Source: a virus. From it: 64,000 nucleotides of DNA. Below the pieces are notes generated by a model that had not been told where the DNA came from, searched no databases, and worked only from the letters and a program-made list of their open reading frames with translations. The stretch covers positions 32,001 to 96,000 of IMG/VR virus record IMGVR_UViG_3300028045_000007; one strand, given 5' to 3'. Below, piece by piece: positions 1-9,039 of the stretch; the stretch's first letter is position 1, and every line of letters begins with the position of its first letter. The position numbers and the translations under genes were made by a program.

Positions 1-253
1 CTTTGCCGAATAGCGTCCACGAGATCGGTGGCTCATCAGGGCTTCCAGCCCTATGGAAGTACAGATGGTCATTGGGTGATGGCTGGTCTACCATACGCAT
101 TGTGTCTACGTCGGGACCAAGCATCAGAATGTATAGCCATCCTTCGGATGGAATGCGGCCTTCGCCTACGGTTTGAACGTCTTTATTCATTAGATTTCTG
201 TTTCCGTTTGGTGGGGCATATGGAGCTTTGCTACTGCGTCGTGGACGACGCAT
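1..253 (-). CDS. hypothetical protein, 3' end runs off the window
   Basis: Manual translation from the ATG at 253 (MRRPRRSSKAPY...) stays open to position 1; TAATG coupling with the upstream gene. Confidence 0.5.
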   Translation of the reverse strand, partial: MRRPRRSSKAPYAPPNGNRNLMNKDVQTVGEGRIPSEGWLYILMLGPDVDTMRMVDQPSPNDHLYFHRAGSPDEPPISWTLFGK

Positions 254-624
254 TATTTGTATTCGCCTGTTTCTGGATCCCACGTTTTGAAGGGGAGGTC
301 TCGTGACTTCTGTGGCTTCATCGCAGGTTGCCGCGATCGTCTCTCTTTGGGCTGCTCCGGTTGCCGCAACTCGTATTCCTGCACTTTCCTTTTCGAGTTG
401 TCCATCATGCGAACGTCATAGAAACCGTCAAAGTGCTTGTGAGCACCACACATGCAGTCGTGGTGATGATACCACCCAACAATCATGCAACGCTCGCCAG
501 TCAGTACTACTTCGGCTATGCTGCCACAAGAGAACTTGCACTGGCGTTCATTTTCGCCTTCGTAGTCGCACGGGCCACAGCTTGCTAGCAAAGCTAGCAA
601 AAGGGAGGCTAGTAGTTTCTTCAT
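253..624 (-). CDS. putative lipoprotein
   Basis: MKKLLASLLLALLASC signal peptide and lipobox; start moved to the ATG at 624. Confidence 0.6.
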   Translation of the reverse strand: MKKLLASLLLALLASCGPCDYEGENERQCKFSCGSIAEVVLTGERCMIVGWYHHHDCMCGAHKHFDGFYDVRMMDNSKRKVQEYELRQPEQPKERRSRQPAMKPQKSRDLPFKTWDPETGEYK

Positions 625-851
625 AGTCCTTGCCAAAGTCTCGGGTCATCGGTGTTTGATTTCAAGGTGGACAACAACACCGTGCGATTCCGCAAACGAT
701 TCTTGACTGGTAAAGTGGCGGTTAGCCAAGTGATCAGCTCGTCATTGGTTGCATCCTTGAGATTGATAACGTATAGCATGTCATCGATGGATCGCAGGTT
801 ATTCGCTTGCATGCGGTGTTCTACCCAGCGGTGTATTTCGTCAACCATCAT
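621..851 (-). CDS. hypothetical protein
   Basis: 76-aa ORF overlapping both neighbours in a compact operon. Confidence 0.55.
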   Translation of the reverse strand: MMVDEIHRWVEHRMQANNLRSIDDMLYVINLKDATNDELITWLTATLPVKNRLRNRTVLLSTLKSNTDDPRLWQGL

Positions 852-1434
852 TGTGCCACCCCTCTGGGTGATCGAGAAAACGCAGATCGCTAGTTAGTCT
901 GACTGGTCCGCCAAACATGTCGTAACCTACATCGTACTTGTGCGTGAAGACTTGCTTCGCTGCGTCTTCAGCACAGTATACCGTGTGTAGGTGACCATGC
1001 AAGTGAATACTGCCAGAACTTTTTCTGTGCCAATCGTCCAGTGGACGATGGCTCAGAATGAACGTGCGGTTTTCCACTTTGATTTCGAGGACTTCGCCCT
1101 CCAGTACCTCAACGTGCGGTACCTCTTGGCCCCTACGGTCCAATATGTCCACCAGACCAGGACCCCATTTCGAGGGCTCGTCGTGGTTCCCCACGACAAT
1201 CTTGATACGACCACCCAATTGTCTCAAATACCACAGGATACGTTCTTCGTCAACCCTAGGTCCCATAGCGAGGTCTCCCAGGTGAAAGATCACGTCGTCA
1301 TCGCTGGTGGCAGAGTTCCATCGTTCAATGACGGCCCTGTCCATCTTTCCGGTACTGCGAAACGGTCGTGAGCAGTACCGAATAATGTTGTGGTGCCCAA
1401 AGTGGGTGTCGCTAGTCGCGAATATTCTGCTCAT
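841..1434 (-). CDS. calcineurin-like metallophosphoesterase
   Basis: Motifs SDTHFGH, HLGD, GNHD, SH, HGHLH. Confidence 0.92.
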   Translation of the reverse strand: MSRIFATSDTHFGHHNIIRYCSRPFRSTGKMDRAVIERWNSATSDDDVIFHLGDLAMGPRVDEERILWYLRQLGGRIKIVVGNHDEPSKWGPGLVDILDRRGQEVPHVEVLEGEVLEIKVENRTFILSHRPLDDWHRKSSGSIHLHGHLHTVYCAEDAAKQVFTHKYDVGYDMFGGPVRLTSDLRFLDHPEGWHNDG

Positions 1435-1585
1435 CTTTCTTGTGCTCTAGGGGAGGTACTGTAAACTCCGCCATTTCAAGTGGCTTGAAGCACTCAGGAC
1501 ATCGCAGAAGGGGTTTGCCATCTAAACTAATGCCCGTCTGGTAAACGCCCTCTGACTTTTTACAAACGAAACAAATGGTGCTCAT
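1412..1585 (-). CDS. small zinc-ribbon protein (57 aa, not in the ORF track)
   Basis: MSTICFVCKK...LRCPECFK: two CxxC pairs; fills the gap between neighbours. Confidence 0.55.
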   Translation of the reverse strand: MSTICFVCKKSEGVYQTGISLDGKPLLRCPECFKPLEMAEFTVPPLEHKKDEQNIRD

Positions 1586-1983
1586 AGATACCCTTGGAAT
1601 TTCACGTTGTCACGATCTTTTAGTTCAAAACCGTGTCCATAGTAGCCGTTGTGACAGTTGAAGATATGGAGATACATTGTTTCCCGGCGATCGTCTTTTC
1701 GACGTAGCCGGAAAACGGCGATACCACCACTCTCCAACACGATACCCTCGGTGTTGGTATAGAAGAAGCTTGCATCAAAGACCCAATTCTCCCAATCTAG
1801 TTCTTGTAGCAGTTCTTTACTTGCGTCCCTACAGCCATCTTCGTCGGTAGGCGGACCCTCTTGGGGTTCTTCCGCCAAGAACCAATCTGCCCACTCGCAA
1901 CACGATTGGTAAGAATCGTATCCCACAAAGACATTATTCTCGTCTACCCAATTGTGCTTACCGTTTTCGTCGAAGTATCTCAT
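1582..1983 (-). CDS. hypothetical phage protein
   Basis: Start MRYFDENG at 1983 coupled to the upstream stop; QSCCE and NCHNGYYGH motifs. Confidence 0.65.
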   Translation of the reverse strand: MRYFDENGKHNWVDENNVFVGYDSYQSCCEWADWFLAEEPQEGPPTDEDGCRDASKELLQELDWENWVFDASFFYTNTEGIVLESGGIAVFRLRRKDDRRETMYLHIFNCHNGYYGHGFELKDRDNVKFQGYL

Positions 1984-2321
1984 TATGCTAGTAGGATTAA
2001 ACAGGTCATGTGAGCTAATTGATCGAGCCCGATCACTTTCCAGAAAGCGTAAAGGCGTCCTTCTCGATGGTACTTTCCAGCCAGACGGCTGGAAATCCAA
2101 TCTATGGGCCAATGGAGTATACCATTCAGTGCCGCAAAAGTCAAGGGAGATTCCACAAAACCGTCAGCGAGAAACGCTATAACTGCCGTGTAGATAAGGA
2201 CATGTAGCGTTAGAATCCAGTTCGACTTACTCTTGTTGAGGCCCATCCACGTGGTCTGACATACGAAGTCAGCCACGAAGTGAGCCGCCAACAAGTAGAT
2301 TACAAGCCAAGCTTCGATCAT
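1983..2321 (-). CDS. DUF3307-like membrane protein
   Basis: AHFVADFVCQT...HWPID...GLDQLAH pattern with hydrophobic helices. Confidence 0.8.
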   Translation of the reverse strand: MIEAWLVIYLLAAHFVADFVCQTTWMGLNKSKSNWILTLHVLIYTAVIAFLADGFVESPLTFAALNGILHWPIDWISSRLAGKYHREGRLYAFWKVIGLDQLAHMTCLILLA

Positions 2322-3001
2322 TAGTAGCCGTAGGTCACAGTGACCAAAGCCCCCGCTTTAGTGTTGCCGTTACTCAGTAGCCACATGTTCACGCCGGGCG
2401 TATAGCTGATAGATGGCAACAGAGTTGTGGTCGAGTAGAAATCCACATTCGCCCCATTGGTGAGGGCGGCCAGAACCGAAGGTTCTGTGATCACTTGTCC
2501 TATTTCTGTTTTAAGTGGATCAAGCTCAGCGTGGGTTCCACCACTCGGTCCATCACCATCAATCACGCCATCGTGCGGTGCCACAGGAATGTTACCCAGG
2601 CTATTACGGCAAACGTCTACCATCATGTTGTGAGAAACGGACCCGCCAACAGTACCATTCGGCATCACGACCGAAATATCCCAGGTGCTATCGCCATCAG
2701 TCCCCAGGTCGCTCCGACTCGGGAAGGGTTGTCCACCGTGGTTTGGAGCATACCAAGACCAGCAGACGGCAGCATGGCCTCCGGGCGGACCACTCATGAT
2801 CTCGACTCCGTATTCCCAATACACTTTCAAGGCACAATCGACACGCACCCACTGGAGTCCAGGTCCAGCCGCAGGCAACGTTAGTACTTGAGTCTGTGGA
2901 TTGTCAATACGGAAAGTAGTGACGGTAGTAGATGGCACCGTAGGTGCCGAGGCTGGCGGTGCTAGCGGAGCTAGAGCCAGTAGTGCAGCAGTTAACATCA
3001 T
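2321..3001 (-). CDS. secreted protein resembling a choice-of-anchor E domain
   Basis: Signal peptide MMLTAALLALAPLA; DGVIDGDGPSG and C-terminal AGALVTVTYGY resemble that domain from memory. Confidence 0.5.
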   Translation of the reverse strand: MMLTAALLALAPLAPPASAPTVPSTTVTTFRIDNPQTQVLTLPAAGPGLQWVRVDCALKVYWEYGVEIMSGPPGGHAAVCWSWYAPNHGGQPFPSRSDLGTDGDSTWDISVVMPNGTVGGSVSHNMMVDVCRNSLGNIPVAPHDGVIDGDGPSGGTHAELDPLKTEIGQVITEPSVLAALTNGANVDFYSTTTLLPSISYTPGVNMWLLSNGNTKAGALVTVTYGY

Positions 3002-3017
3002 GTCTTTTTCACTTCGC

Positions 3018-3323
3018 TCAAAAGAGCGGTGTAGTTTTTTTCTCACATCCACAACTGCGGTATGTCTCGGATTCCCTGTAACGGTATCCACATTTCACGC
3101 AGTAGAATTCGTTGTTGTGTTCCTTGTACATATGATCGCAGGATTCCTGGATCGCCCACAGGGCACTACTGGCATTGCGAACAAGCTCGGCCAACTGGAA
3201 GGCACTCAGTCTGAGCAGAGCATCCGGGATCATTTCTTGCGGCAGACGAGTCTCCGCAAGAGCGTGCTTGATACAGCGGCCAGCGTCATCGAAGGCCACT
3301 TCGGCATCGAATAGTTCTTTCAT
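3018..3323 (-). CDS. hypothetical protein with C-terminal Cys/His motif
   Basis: CDH...YCVKC...CGC. Confidence 0.55.
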   Translation of the reverse strand: MKELFDAEVAFDDAGRCIKHALAETRLPQEMIPDALLRLSAFQLAELVRNASSALWAIQESCDHMYKEHNNEFYCVKCGYRYRESETYRSCGCEKKTTPLF

Positions 3324-4057
3324 TGGTCCTTTTTCAGTTTGAAGGTCATCTTGTCCCAGTCAGCGATACACCAATCACCATCACCGTCTAGCCACAGACG
3401 CATGTACTTTTCCTCCTTGCAGGAAGCGTAAAACTCGAAAGTGGCTCCAGTCCAGGTGTGGGTAAACGTTACCCAGCATTCACCCTCCGACATACTGCAA
3501 CGCCAGTTGGTGTCATCAACGCTAATCCAGCAATCGCCTTCCACATCGATAGTGTGAGCGTTGTAATCGAATGTACGCCAGCTATCATCGATGACGGTGA
3601 CCTCTTTGTCCGAAGACTTCGGACAAGCCTCAGCGGGCAGCGTGGTACCGTCCGGAAGCAGAACCACGTCGCCGATAAGTTGCCCATGACACTCGTCAGT
3701 ATAGCAGTCGTCGTAGCCCTCGATATAGAGAACGTCGTCTTTCTCGCGGATAACCATTGGCCCGAAGTCGTTACACTCCCTCTCATACGTCTCTTCACAC
3801 CCACAGGTATAGGTAACGTAGACTTGACAGTAGTCAGGAAGCGTCGGAGGTCCGTCCGCTTTGCAAGTAAACTCGCCCGGCTTGTTGTAGTTCTCGACCC
3901 AACAGTCCAAGCCCATCATGGTGTCCTTGTCCCATTCGGCATACTTGAGATCGATCTTGGTGTCCTTTGAAGGCGTAACCACCTTCGAAGTGTTACTAAA
4001 GGCAGCCACCAACAAGACGGTGACTAGGCCACACAATACAGCAATTGTTTTCTTCAT
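3320..4057 (-). CDS. secreted Cys-rich acidic protein
   Basis: N-terminal MKKTIAVLCGLVTVLLVAA signal or anchor; two similar DCW..C..C..C halves. Confidence 0.65.
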   Translation of the reverse strand: MKKTIAVLCGLVTVLLVAAFSNTSKVVTPSKDTKIDLKYAEWDKDTMMGLDCWVENYNKPGEFTCKADGPPTLPDYCQVYVTYTCGCEETYERECNDFGPMVIREKDDVLYIEGYDDCYTDECHGQLIGDVVLLPDGTTLPAEACPKSSDKEVTVIDDSWRTFDYNAHTIDVEGDCWISVDDTNWRCSMSEGECWVTFTHTWTGATFEFYASCKEEKYMRLWLDGDGDWCIADWDKMTFKLKKDQ

Positions 4058-5004
4058 ATACTTCTCCGCATGTGATCTGCGACAATGTAAATAAGTAGGT
4101 CGTCACACCATTCCATGTCTACCTTGTCAGGTAGAGAAGACGCGACCATCGTTTCTTCAACTCTCGCAAGAGACCTATCAAGGAAATCTTGCACTTGTTC
4201 CAGCTTGTACTCACCCTTTTTGATGTCGAGCAACATTGATGCGTACGGCAGCGGGAAGACGATCTCGCCATTGGTCAGAATGTCTTCTAGCTCATATGAG
4301 ACACGTACGGCGTGGCTCAGTGCTTTCCAGTCTTTACCGTCCTTGACGGCAGCTTGGTTGGCACGCACGCCATAACGAGAAATAGCAATGTCAATGGCCG
4401 TTCGGACGTGGTGAGAAGAAGTAGTTTCTCCGAACCACTTGCCACCGATTTGAAGCTCACGGACACCCTGCGGATTCTCACGTTCATCGTCACGAGGCAA
4501 CAGGTCCCACCTGTCGGCAAGCGTAGTATAGTCGTCGCATCCCTCGTGTAGTACGTCTTGAAATGCCTTGAGTTGGTTTAGGCGGTCGCCCTTCAAGGAG
4601 TACTTGGCGGCTTGGCTACGAGCATAGCCCACGAACGCATGCATGTTTTTCGAGAGAAATTTGTGCCTACACTTCACAAGCTCATTCCAAATCCAGCCGT
4701 ACTGACCTGTTGTTCTAGTTAGCTCTGCTGGCGTAAACAACATGTCAATGGCGACAGTCTGGCCTTGTGAAGCCAGCCTCACAAAGTGGTGTAGCCCGAA
4801 GCATTGACGGTCAACCTCGTCGGGAGCATTTTTGCGGGTGTCATCTCCGGAACCTTCGCTAAAGGTTCTCGGAATACGCCCTAACAGGATATCTTGTGCC
4901 GCAGGCAGAAAGATACCGCAATAGTCGCGATCTGATTGCTCGGTGGCAGTACCGTATAGATGACTGCCGAAGACAGTTTCGCAGATTAGGTTCTTCGGTC
5001 TCAT
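4054..5004 (-). CDS. Pol-beta superfamily nucleotidyltransferase (RlaP/Nuc-transf-like)
   Basis: GSHLYGT...SDRD signature, FVGYA.SQ, DWKALSHAVR, LLDIKKG. Confidence 0.88.
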   Translation of the reverse strand: MRPKNLICETVFGSHLYGTATEQSDRDYCGIFLPAAQDILLGRIPRTFSEGSGDDTRKNAPDEVDRQCFGLHHFVRLASQGQTVAIDMLFTPAELTRTTGQYGWIWNELVKCRHKFLSKNMHAFVGYARSQAAKYSLKGDRLNQLKAFQDVLHEGCDDYTTLADRWDLLPRDDERENPQGVRELQIGGKWFGETTSSHHVRTAIDIAISRYGVRANQAAVKDGKDWKALSHAVRVSYELEDILTNGEIVFPLPYASMLLDIKKGEYKLEQVQDFLDRSLARVEETMVASSLPDKVDMEWCDDLLIYIVADHMRRSI

Positions 5005-5375
5005 TTTTCTAACTCTCGTAGACGAAGCTCTTCTTTGATTTCGTCTTTGTGTTCTTCGTACCATGCGTTATACAATGCCATCTTGGCCTCGTATTCGTTG
5101 AGGGCCTTTTGATAGAAGAACGTCTCGCTGTGAGTACAGAGGTCTACTGTACAGTGAGGTCTGTCGGATTCGTAGTAACAGCACTCGTAGCTCAGTTCGG
5201 ACTCAAGAAACGCTTCGGGATCTTCGGCGATTGCTTTCTGAAACATAGGCATCAGTACGTCTAAACTGACGTGATCGTCGCCCTCAGCGATTCTGTCTTT
5301 GAGGATCTTGCCCTTGGAAGCAGACTTCTTGGGCTCAACCGGCTTCTTCTTGATTCTAAATTTCTTGCGTTTCAT
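5001..5375 (-). CDS. hypothetical protein
   Basis: 124-aa ORF with ATGA overlaps at both ends. Confidence 0.65.
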   Translation of the reverse strand: MKRKKFRIKKKPVEPKKSASKGKILKDRIAEGDDHVSLDVLMPMFQKAIAEDPEAFLESELSYECCYYESDRPHCTVDLCTHSETFFYQKALNEYEAKMALYNAWYEEHKDEIKEELRLRELEK

Positions 5376-5675
5376 GATATAATCTCGAAGTATTCGTAGT
5401 CTCGATATCTTTCTTTGCCTCTACAGCCACGCTTAGAAAGGCGTATTTGAATCATGGTGCCACAATAGTACTTTGTGCCAGCCGGTCCTCGATATTCGTA
5501 ATCGTGTACAATCCTGAAACCACGCCTCGGAAGAGGTCTTGGGGATACGCCCTAACAAGATATCTTGTGCCGAAGGCAGAAAGATTCCCTTGTAGTCGCG
5601 GTCTGACTGCTCTGTGGACGTGCCGTATAGGTGGCTACCAAATACAGTCTCGCAGATTAGGTTATTCGGTCTCAT
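5372..5675 (-). pseudogene. chimeric relic: nucleotidyltransferase N-terminus fused out of frame to the C-terminal part of a 6131..6358 homologue
   Basis: First ~50 codons match 4054..5004; the +1 frame reads PRRGFRIVHDYEYRGPAGTKYYCGTMIQIRLSKRGCRGKERYRDYEYFE, matching 6131..6358. Confidence 0.85.
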
Positions 5676-5880
5676 CGGGTATCTGCTCGAAATAGAATCC
5701 GTGGATTCGTTCTAGTTCTTTGACGACTGCGATAAAGTGCGGCAACGCGGAGTTTTTACCGGCCTTGACCAAGTTGGACTCTGCTATCGCAAGATGACAT
5801 AACATAGTGCTATAGTCTGTGCGTAGTGCCCTGTCATACTTCAGCACGATTCTTAGGTGGTTGCTATCAGGGTTTTTCAC
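5662..5880 (-). CDS. hypothetical protein
   Basis: 72-aa ORF in the operon. Confidence 0.55.
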   Translation of the reverse strand: MKNPDSNHLRIVLKYDRALRTDYSTMLCHLAIAESNLVKAGKNSALPHFIAVVKELERIHGFYFEQIPDETE

Positions 5881-6134
5881 TGATTTGCCTCAACAACCTC
5901 TTGTAGCTCGTCTTCGGCAACCCACACAACGTCGTCCGGATGGGTGGCAAGAGCACTCTTGATGCAGTATTCCCAAATACCCATTGCCTCGCTGTACTGC
6001 TTGTCTACGACAACGAAGACGTGCCCGGTGTTAGTCTCGATGACGTAGTTTACGTCGTAGAGCCCATCTGCCTCTTCGGGCATGATGCAACCGGCGGCCA
6101 AAAGAAACGCAAAAGCTAGGATCATGTTTTTCAT
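5877..6134 (-). CDS. putative lipoprotein
   Basis: MKNMILAFAFLLAAGC lipobox. Confidence 0.65.
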   Translation of the reverse strand: MKNMILAFAFLLAAGCIMPEEADGLYDVNYVIETNTGHVFVVVDKQYSEAMGIWEYCIKSALATHPDDVVWVAEDELQEVVEANQ

Positions 6135-6358
6135 TGTAGTTCGAAGTATTCGTAGTCTCGGTATCTTGCCTTGCCCCGGCACCCACGCTTGAAAATACGT
6201 ATTTGGATCCAGGTTCCTAAGTAGTAGGGCTTACCCGCTTTACCCCTATATTCGATGTCGTGTGCGAGCCTAAAGCCACGCTTCGGGTGTGCTTTCTTCA
6301 GTTCGTGTAGGCGACCTAGTGCTATCGCCTGAGTGAGTCTACGCCGGGACCTTGCCAT
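6131..6358 (-). CDS. small basic hypothetical protein
   Basis: 75 aa, Arg/Lys-rich; the diverged copy at 5372-5530 keeps the reading frame, supporting real coding. Confidence 0.7.
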   Translation of the reverse strand: MARSRRRLTQAIALGRLHELKKAHPKRGFRLAHDIEYRGKAGKPYYLGTWIQIRIFKRGCRGKARYRDYEYFELQ

Positions 6359-6836
6359 TGATGATGTCCTCGGTGCTGAACTCGTTGATAATCTTCTCCC
6401 TATGAATCGCGTAATCGAGACAGTTCTTTGTGCCTCCAGGCGAGCCGTTATAGTAAGCCGCTAGTACGTCACAGTTGTCAACCATCCACTCATTTCTTAT
6501 TTGAAGTTTGCCTGGGTTGTATCCAGGCTCGCAAATATACTTCACCTCGTCGCACTTGTCAAGTAGCTTCTGATATTTTTGTCTTGAAAAGTCAGGCCAC
6601 TTGGAATCGTACCCCTCAAACGGGAGGGCTGCGAGTACTGGCAATTTGAGGTGAAGTCCAACCTCCATCCAAAACTGATCGATACCCAGGGCTCCACCCG
6701 AGATAAGAACTAGCTCACCACCTGGAGCTTGCTCCAGAAAGTCTCGCATGTGACGGCGAATCGCTTTGTGTGCCGGGTCGTTCCTGTATCCGCCCAGCTT
6801 GTCTGGTCTGTGGCCTGTTACCGCAATATATACCAT
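6339..6836 (-). CDS. SLOG-family (YspA/DUF1273-like) protein
   Basis: TGHRP, SGGALGID, RNEWMVD, GGT motifs. Confidence 0.88.
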   Translation of the reverse strand: MVYIAVTGHRPDKLGGYRNDPAHKAIRRHMRDFLEQAPGGELVLISGGALGIDQFWMEVGLHLKLPVLAALPFEGYDSKWPDFSRQKYQKLLDKCDEVKYICEPGYNPGKLQIRNEWMVDNCDVLAAYYNGSPGGTKNCLDYAIHREKIINEFSTEDIINGKVPA

Positions 6837-7304
6837 TCAGGATTCCCAGTACTCCACTTCGTAGTCAGTAGGTCCATCCAGCGGCGACAACATGATATAG
6901 AAACCATTGATGTCGGGCTCAATCAGCCATTGTAAGATGACTAGATCGCCTGCCATGGAACTGAAAAATGGGGTGTATACCGGCTCACCCTTCTCGTCGT
7001 GCGTAATGACGAACATTTGAAACGGTGCGTCAGCAACGATATCAAAATTGGCTAACAGGGGCTCTTGAACGCCAAACCAGTACGTGTCCGTATCAGTGTG
7101 CCATTCTAATTCACCACAGAAACTCTGTGGAACGAATACGAAGCCACCCATGTAGGTTGCTGTTAGAATGTCGTCGTTGGGCTCCTCGTCATAAATACAG
7201 ACCTGCGGAGGGGGCGGCGGATCTCCCGACCCACCCTCTTTGGGTTTTTCCCCACGGCTACAACCAAGTAGTAGTAAACATGCTGTAAGTGCTAGTAATT
7301 TCAT
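6837..7304 (-). CDS. lipoprotein with PPC-like beta domain
   Basis: MKLLALTACLLLLGC lipobox, poly-Pro linker, EEPND and DTDTYWF motifs. Confidence 0.6.
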   Translation of the reverse strand: MKLLALTACLLLLGCSRGEKPKEGGSGDPPPPPQVCIYDEEPNDDILTATYMGGFVFVPQSFCGELEWHTDTDTYWFGVQEPLLANFDIVADAPFQMFVITHDEKGEPVYTPFFSSMAGDLVILQWLIEPDINGFYIMLSPLDGPTDYEVEYWES

Positions 7305-7558
7305 TTCTGGTGAAACCTCCAAAACTCTTTGTCGCCTCTGGCAACAACTTCAATTCGCCAGCCAACGCTATTGTATTTGAGCATGATAGCTCTATCGACG
7401 CCCGGAATGTCAAATGTGCTTGGTTCGACATCTATGGGCGGTCCATTTGTATAATACTCCGCTACGAGTGCTTTGTCAATACGATCTTGCTCTTTCTTGA
7501 CAAATGCATTGACACGTTCGTCATTTTGCCTAGCTGCTTGTTGAGGATTGATAGCCAT
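7301..7558 (-). CDS. hypothetical protein
   Basis: Start MAINPQQ with AGGAG RBS. Confidence 0.6.
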   Translation of the reverse strand: MAINPQQAARQNDERVNAFVKKEQDRIDKALVAEYYTNGPPIDVEPSTFDIPGVDRAIMLKYNSVGWRIEVVARGDKEFWRFHQK

Positions 7559-7562
7559 TCTA

Positions 7563-9038
7563 CTACTCCTGTAAGATACCGTAATTTGCTGGCGACAGAC
7601 AATCCAGCGGATTTTCGCCAACACTACTCATTTTGGCTTTTTGGATAAAGCCAGGGATACCACCGAATTCATCAAAGTTCTCTACCGTGAACACAGAGTA
7701 CCACGGCACTCCACCACCATTCTTTTTATTGGCTTGTTCGCCAGCGTCAACGTCAACATACCATTTTGGCTGTGGCCCAATAAATGCTGCCGCTGCGTCT
7801 GCTATGTCGGTCATGCCGATGCGACGACACGCTTCTACCAGAAGCATAGATTCAAATGTCTGCGTAATACGTCCGGTCATTCCGGGTGGATCTTTACGTG
7901 CGTCGGGCAATTGCCACGACTCTGGACCGAACGCATTAAGCATACCGTTAGGCATAGCTATTTGCTTAGTGGCCGTTTGCCAATGTTCAACGTGATCGTT
8001 CATAAATGCAGCCATCATGATGACGTGGGCTTCTGTGCGACCGATCCAGCTACAGGCATTGTGATGTTCTGTATTTGCCAGCTTCCACCAAAGAGTATCG
8101 TGCCACGGCTTGTAATACGTAGAACGCGGTGCCACTCTTTTCATTGTGTATGCCATACGACAGTCGTTCTGCACCATACCGAGCCAGAACTGAGCCCAGG
8201 GATTATAGTCGTAAAGACCCATGGCGTTGGTTACGGCACGCCTGAGATGTTGGCCATCATGACTGGACCAGCCACCCTCCCAGTGTGGTGTTGTCCAGAG
8301 TTTTTCGTATCGACACCACTTCTTGGTTTCAAGATGATCGCCACCAAATCCCGGAAGCTCTATTACCGGATTGCGAGTGAGATTATATTCAATTGGCACC
8401 TCTAAAGGCAAACCAGTGTTAGGATCGAGACATGCGATTCTTGTGCGACTCGTCGTGCCATCCATCTGTCGTGCATGAAGAGCGGCACCTTGCCAAGACT
8501 TCCACCACGAACCATGATACGGTGCGATACGGAATCCACCTGGACCCGCCCCGCCCGACAAACCAAAGAACTCATACGGGCCAACAGTTTGAGTTGGCTC
8601 ATAGTGATTTAGCGTGTTCTTGCAGAGGTCGTGAGCCCATTCAGGTATTACGGGATCTTTATTGATACGTTGACGATAGAGTGATTCTTCACCAAAGCCT
8701 TTCGTCAGCGTTCCTCGCGGCGGGATAACATTAATGCCCTTAACATCCCATACCTTCCTGTCGCCGATCGTTACAGCCAATCGCTTGAAATATGCGAATC
8801 CACGATCTTGAAAGCCATTGATAAAGGCTACTCGCCACGCAACCATCCCTTGTGAAATGGTCGCGAAAATGTAGCACGCGATCCCATCGATCTTTTTGAA
8901 GTAGACTACGAAACGACCGATAGCAAGGTCACCACCATACAAGTAATCAAAGTCACTAAGGGTACATGAAAACCTCTTTGCTCTTGAAAACCTGCCGCGA
9001 TAGCCGGTGTACTCGATTTTTAAACGCCCTGTTTCCAT
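7563..9038 (-). CDS. hypothetical protein (491 aa)
   Basis: Long ORF with GGAGG RBS; Trp/His-rich, with GGAGPGG and HDGQH motifs; family not recognised. Confidence 0.75.
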   Translation of the reverse strand: METGRLKIEYTGYRGRFSRAKRFSCTLSDFDYLYGGDLAIGRFVVYFKKIDGIACYIFATISQGMVAWRVAFINGFQDRGFAYFKRLAVTIGDRKVWDVKGINVIPPRGTLTKGFGEESLYRQRINKDPVIPEWAHDLCKNTLNHYEPTQTVGPYEFFGLSGGAGPGGFRIAPYHGSWWKSWQGAALHARQMDGTTSRTRIACLDPNTGLPLEVPIEYNLTRNPVIELPGFGGDHLETKKWCRYEKLWTTPHWEGGWSSHDGQHLRRAVTNAMGLYDYNPWAQFWLGMVQNDCRMAYTMKRVAPRSTYYKPWHDTLWWKLANTEHHNACSWIGRTEAHVIMMAAFMNDHVEHWQTATKQIAMPNGMLNAFGPESWQLPDARKDPPGMTGRITQTFESMLLVEACRRIGMTDIADAAAAFIGPQPKWYVDVDAGEQANKKNGGGVPWYSVFTVENFDEFGGIPGFIQKAKMSSVGENPLDCLSPANYGILQE

Positions 9039-9039
9039 A

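Noticed and set aside
4850-5675. Near-identical repeat pair as a diversity-generating retroelement TR/VR
   Set aside because: Differences are mostly synonymous and not adenine-specific, and no reverse transcriptase is present in the window.
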